A stretch of 64,000 bases of DNA, taken from NCBI GenBank assembly GCA_964234715.1, contig OZ174279.1. One strand, written 5' to 3'. The position numbers were made by a program, and so were the translations under genes. The stretch is from Podarcis melisellensis. Lineage: Eukaryota. This document shows positions 59,275 through 64,000 of this stretch, in pieces. The notes beneath the pieces are model-generated. The model did not search any database and had not been told where the DNA came from. It was given only the letters and a program-made list of their open reading frames with translations. Each line of letters begins with the position of its first letter. Positions within the stretch are counted from its first letter, which is position 1.

Positions 59275-61561
59275 CCTCTATGCAAAGTACAATCCTATAT
59301 GATGGGTAGTCCAGGTCAGTAAAACCCTACATGCATAGAAATCATAGGGTCCAGGGAGCTGGGGACAGGGTTTGGGCCATCATGTGAAGAGGTCTCTCGG
59401 AATAAGCCAAACAAAAATATAGGATGTAGGGTTTTCATAACTGGCTTCCCCAATGTTTGCTTTTACTCATAAGCAGATGATAGTGGAACTCTGAAATTGA
59501 TTGGAGCAGTATGGAGCAAGGCGATTTAACTCTTCCCTTAAAGATGGCATTTCTTGTTACTTTATTAGAATAATGTGTGTCCCACCTTTTACATCTACCA
59601 GAGTAGGACTCTGAGAAGCTAAGAACATTCAAGAAACAACAAAGCAATCATTAAAAATTAAAATGGGGAGGGGAAGAAACAAGACACAAGAGGGCAGATA
59701 ACTGAAAACATAATCATCTGCTTAAAATAAACAAGGCTAATAAAAAGCCTTGCTCCTCTACTGCACACAGCAGCTTCCGAGGTGTGGATTGAACACTGGG
59801 CAGAGTGGAAAGGCTAGCAGGAACCCTTCTCTTAGTGTCACCGCTGTAATCAAAATTAAGACAATCATTTCTCCTGCATGGCTGCTGTGAAAAAACATAG
59901 CAATAGAAACTTTAGGAACGCTGATCTTAGATTTCTCCCACATTTAATGGAATTTGGCCCATATAGCATGGGGGAATACAATTTGTAAGATTCCATTTCT
60001 GATTTTGCCCATTGTCTCTGCTGTAGTTGGGCTTTCAGTAACTGAATCTGATAGCTTTTCTGTGCACTGTTTTGAGTGCTGTAACATGGAAGCAGCCTTT
60101 ACTTGCCGACATGCTTATTCCCTATTTATCAGTGCAGTCCTTTTTCTTCCCCCCTTTTTTTTTACTAATTTCAGGGATGTAGAGTATTTACAGTGACTGA
60201 AACAAATGTTTTCCAAATTTCCAAGGGCATGTTTGTGCTTTGCCCATTTTCACAGGCCCCTCCCTGTAAAATGAAAGGATAACCTTAGCTTAATCCAACT
60301 CTGTCAACTTGAAGCTTCTACCTTGGCACACACTCCCAGCAACTAGTAATTGCCTTGCAGGCAAGTTTGTGCATGCTCAGGTAACACCAGGACATGGTCT
60401 CAGGAAAACCTGATGCTAGTATGAAACTGACTCTGAGAAACTTGCTTCAAGAAACCACAAGTGTTTAAACTTATGAATTTAATAGAATCTTAGAGCCGCA
60501 AGAGACTGTAGGGATCATTAATGCCAAGTCCCTCAAGCAGAATGCAATGTACCTAAATCATCCTTAACAAAGCTGTAAAGTCAAAAGAGGCTCCATGACA
60601 TCTCGTTTGTGTCTTTAAATAATAAGAGAGAGAGAAAATTCCTTTCAGCGCATAGGCAGTCATGATTAATCAGCAATTTATGGCAGCTACTATTGCAGAT
60701 ATAACTTCTGCTTCTTTCAGACTGCAGTTTCTATGATATTATGACACCCCCCCCCCCAATGAGAAGGTTAGTTGAGCTTAGAGGAATGATCCATCTTTGG
60801 GGAATATTAAGACCTGACCCTGAAAGTTGTTGACCCAACTAGGGATGTGCTTTAAGGATCAGTACAGAATCTGTGGTTCTGCAAAAGCTGTTGGGATGTA
60901 ATTCCCATCATCCTTGGGCATTGGTCATCCTGGCTGAGGCTGATGGGAATCAGGGAGTCCAACAGTATCTTGAGGGTTGCAGGTTTAAAGGCTTTCTCAG
61001 GCTGGTGTTTGGAACCGCAAGGCAAGACAGTTGCTTGCAACATGTAACCATATGGCTACGTTCAATATTATCATCTCTCCCACTTCCTGGATTTTGGAAT
61101 GGCTGGAGTGATGCTGGTTAGATCCTGATCGCTTGTGATTACAGACACCACACAGAGAGGGGTGTGTGAGTGTGATAAAACTAGCCTACAGTACAGAGAC
61201 TAAATTCACAGTTATTGTTCTGCCTATTTTTGCCTGTGCCCCTTGCACTGAAAAGGGTTCTCCACTCGTGATCTAGAGGCTGAAAACTTTAGCAACTGGG
61301 AACAAAACAAAGAAGTGTAATGTACTGAGTTTTTGTTTAACGAATGGTGATGTGCATTTGAATTCTTATTTCCTTCTGGACCTTCACTTGCTAATGTATT
61401 ATAATGAATGTTATCCTTGGTTTCTTTTCAGCATGTATACTTCATCCCACCCCCCGCCAGTCCTCTTCTCCTCCTCCTTCTGTCCTCCCAGCCAACCTGA
61501 CTTCTTAACATTATTACTATGTGTTGTGATTAACCCCCCCCCCCCTTTTCTCTTCTGCCAG

Positions 61562-61695
61562 TAATGAATTGCTCTGCCCCAGTTGATGTCTTGTTTCTGT
61601 TCGATGGATCCTACAGCATTGGCAAAGGGAGCTTTGAAAGGTCAAAATACTTAGCAGTCAAGCTTTGTGATGCTCTGGACATCAATCCAGGAAAG
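61562..61695 (+). CDS. VWA2: VWA2 coding exon 3 (first VWA domain, MIDAS DxSxS)
   Basis: LMNCSAPVDVLFLFDGSYSIGKGSFERSK...LDINPGK; tgccag / GTGAGC. Confidence 0.95.
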
Positions 61696-61938
61696 GTGAG
61701 CGCCCTCCACCCCCAGTTTATTCCACTCACTGGGTGCCGTGTAGAATTTGGGAGATGCATGTTGTGTATATCTGTAGGAGAATATAGGCAACTTGGGGAA
61801 TTCTTGTTAGTTTATCTTTATGGGGTTTGCTAGTTCACTTCCCATGTCTGTTCTTGCTGTAGCCATTTTGAGCATTCCTGGAATGGTAGCAACTGCATAA
61901 AAATAAATCCGCCTTGTTTACCTTCCCTCCCCTTTCAG

Positions 61939-62048
61939 GTCAGAGTGGGAGCAATACAGTTCAGCAACACTCCTCATTTGGAGTTCCCTTTGGATGCATA
62001 TTTCACCAAGCAGGAGATAAAAGACAAACTCAGGAAGATTGTGTTCAA
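61939..62048 (+). CDS. VWA2: VWA2 coding exon 4 (gene continues beyond the window)
   Basis: VRVGAIQFSNTPHLEFPLDAYFTKQEIKDKLRKIVFK; tttcag / GTAAGA. Confidence 0.95.
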
Positions 62049-62978
62049 GTAAGAATTATTATACGTGCGAGTTCTTATTAAGGAAGTTAAAATAAGTAGT
62101 TGGCAAGTAATAGTTTCATTCTGATAGTTGCATGTTCATGTTGTATTTGGAACATTTTACTTTCTATGTTGTGAATGAAATATTTTATGATTTATTCATT
62201 GATTTATATCCTGACTTCATTATTTTATGGAATCGGGGATGGGGGGGGCATCCATTTGGTTCCCAACTGGTCTCCTGTCAACCAGACCACCAGCTTAGCT
62301 TCAGCAATATGATGGCCTCATGTACCTCCAGATCATTTCCTGGGACCTAACTTAATTGGTATATTTATATTTAAGCTGATTTTCTATATCTAGCCATATT
62401 CGATGTCCCATGGTACAAATAGTTTAAATGTCAGTCTAACTTAACAAAAAGGCTGGCATGGGAGTAAGTTATGTTTAATCTAATAGGTCTTATTTCCAAG
62501 TGGATGTGTTAAGAATCAGAGTGTGGGCCACCAACTACAAAAGTTCTGCTAGAACAGACCAAAGGCATGGATACAGCTTCCTATTCTCACAGTAGCCAAC
62601 CAGATGCTTATGGGAAGCCAGTAAGTGGGACCTGAGTGTAACTGCACTTTCCCTATTTGTGATTCCAAGTAAAATAGTATTCAAAGGCACACAGCCACCC
62701 ACCCCCTAAGTGTGCTTAAGACCATGAGATTACAAACATTACAGTGAATCAGAGATGGTCTCTTGGTGACAACCTTTATGTACAGCAAGGACTTACCATT
62801 CCTTAGCTTTGGAATTCCTTCTAGTGTACATGCGTGGTGGTTACATTCTGGACCTCCACGTTCATCGGCGGCACCCACATAAGGCCACCTCTCTCCATTC
62901 CGCCCCCTTTTGTGATGTCACACACATATCAGACACACCTAAGACAGTCACTGCCTGTATTCCAGAAATGATGTAGGG

Positions 62979-63002
62979 GTGTGTGTGTGTGTGTGTGTGT
63001 GT
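62979..63002. repeat. (GT)n microsatellite
   Basis: Read directly. Confidence 0.95.
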
Positions 63003-64000
63003 TGTGGATATTTTTTTTTGCCCCCAGGGATAGACATGAAGTGGCTAATTTGTGCTGTTTTTGCATATATATTTCCCCATAACATGGTGTAGCCTAATAT
63101 TTAGAAAGTTTTCCTCATTTTTACTTATTTTGAAGCATAGTTCCCCCCTTCTCTCTCAAATCCCAACATGTGCACACAGACACTCTATGCGTCAGGAAGA
63201 TCTCTGCACACCTCCAGGGCTCCCACACAGCCCTCCCTCTGCATGATCATTTTGGACACCAAGTATGCACCTGCCACCAGGAAAGAGATGGAGGAGAGAG
63301 AAAAATGGGGTTCTGTTGTGCTAAGTGGAGATTCCTCTATGCCTCTTGTGGGACTGGATTGAGCTGTTAATGCTTCAAGAGAAGACAGAGTATGAAAAGC
63401 ATACCCCTGATTCCTCTTTGACTGCTTCTGAAGTGCAACTGAAAGCAGAGGCTGTGAAATGGTATTGAATATCTGGAATCTAGACACGTGCTGACATTCC
63501 TTTAATGCTGAGAAGAGGACGTTGACAGTTACAGCAGAGATAACGTCCTTCAGTTTGCCAGTAAATCCTGGTTTTAGTTTAAAGATATCACTGGCAAAAA
63601 TAGCCAGGATGGCAGCAACCACTTCAGAGGGCAGAATTGGAAAATATGAAGGTCTGCGTTCATGGCCACTTGGTTCTCTCCCTCCCTCTTCAATCTTTTG
63701 TCTGTGGCTCTTAATGCTAAAATAGGCTTCAAGCAGTTTAGAAGTATCACAACCAATGACGTATGCATTAAAATAGTGGGCCAGATTCAGCCACCTCATT
63801 CTGTTAGTAGAAGCCAATTCAAGGATTCCCGCTAGTGCATTGGGGCTGTGAGTCGATATCTATAGGGTGATTCTGGTTCGCATAGTGTTCTCCTTCATGG
63901 CTAAGCCCATTGTGCTTCACAAAATCACTTTCTTGCTGATAAGACACATGAAAAGGATAAGCATCCTGCCACAGTGTTTTTAATCACTTGCATGCAAATT

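Overview
Eukaryotic genomic DNA, most likely from a squamate reptile (Sauria SINEs and TA-flanked mariner-type MITEs suggest a lacertid lizard). It carries the conserved CCDC186(-) / TDRD1(+) / VWA2(+) block. Present are the 5' part of CCDC186 (first coding exon 4185-4843), a CpG-rich divergent promoter region (~17.4-18.8 kb), and a complete TDRD1 gene. I assembled TDRD1 by hand as 24 GT-AG coding exons (21534-46372; 3420 nt; 1139 aa; MYND finger plus 4 extended Tudor domains). A second CpG island (~48.5-49.6 kb) precedes the first four coding exons of VWA2. The introns hold L1, L2 and CR1 fragments, SINEs, hAT and mariner MITEs, and microsatellites. Most notable: (i) a Penelope-like retroelement remnant in a TDRD1 intron forms a 69-bp hairpin and contains an intact minimal hammerhead-ribozyme core on the antisense strand, while the sense copy is broken; (ii) a four-level nested transposon stack lies just downstream of the putative TDRD1 first exon; (iii) Tudor domain 1 has a complete aromatic cage; (iv) a TDRD1 intron is in frame and free of stops. 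Gene and repeat identities come from recalled family knowledge, not from database searches.
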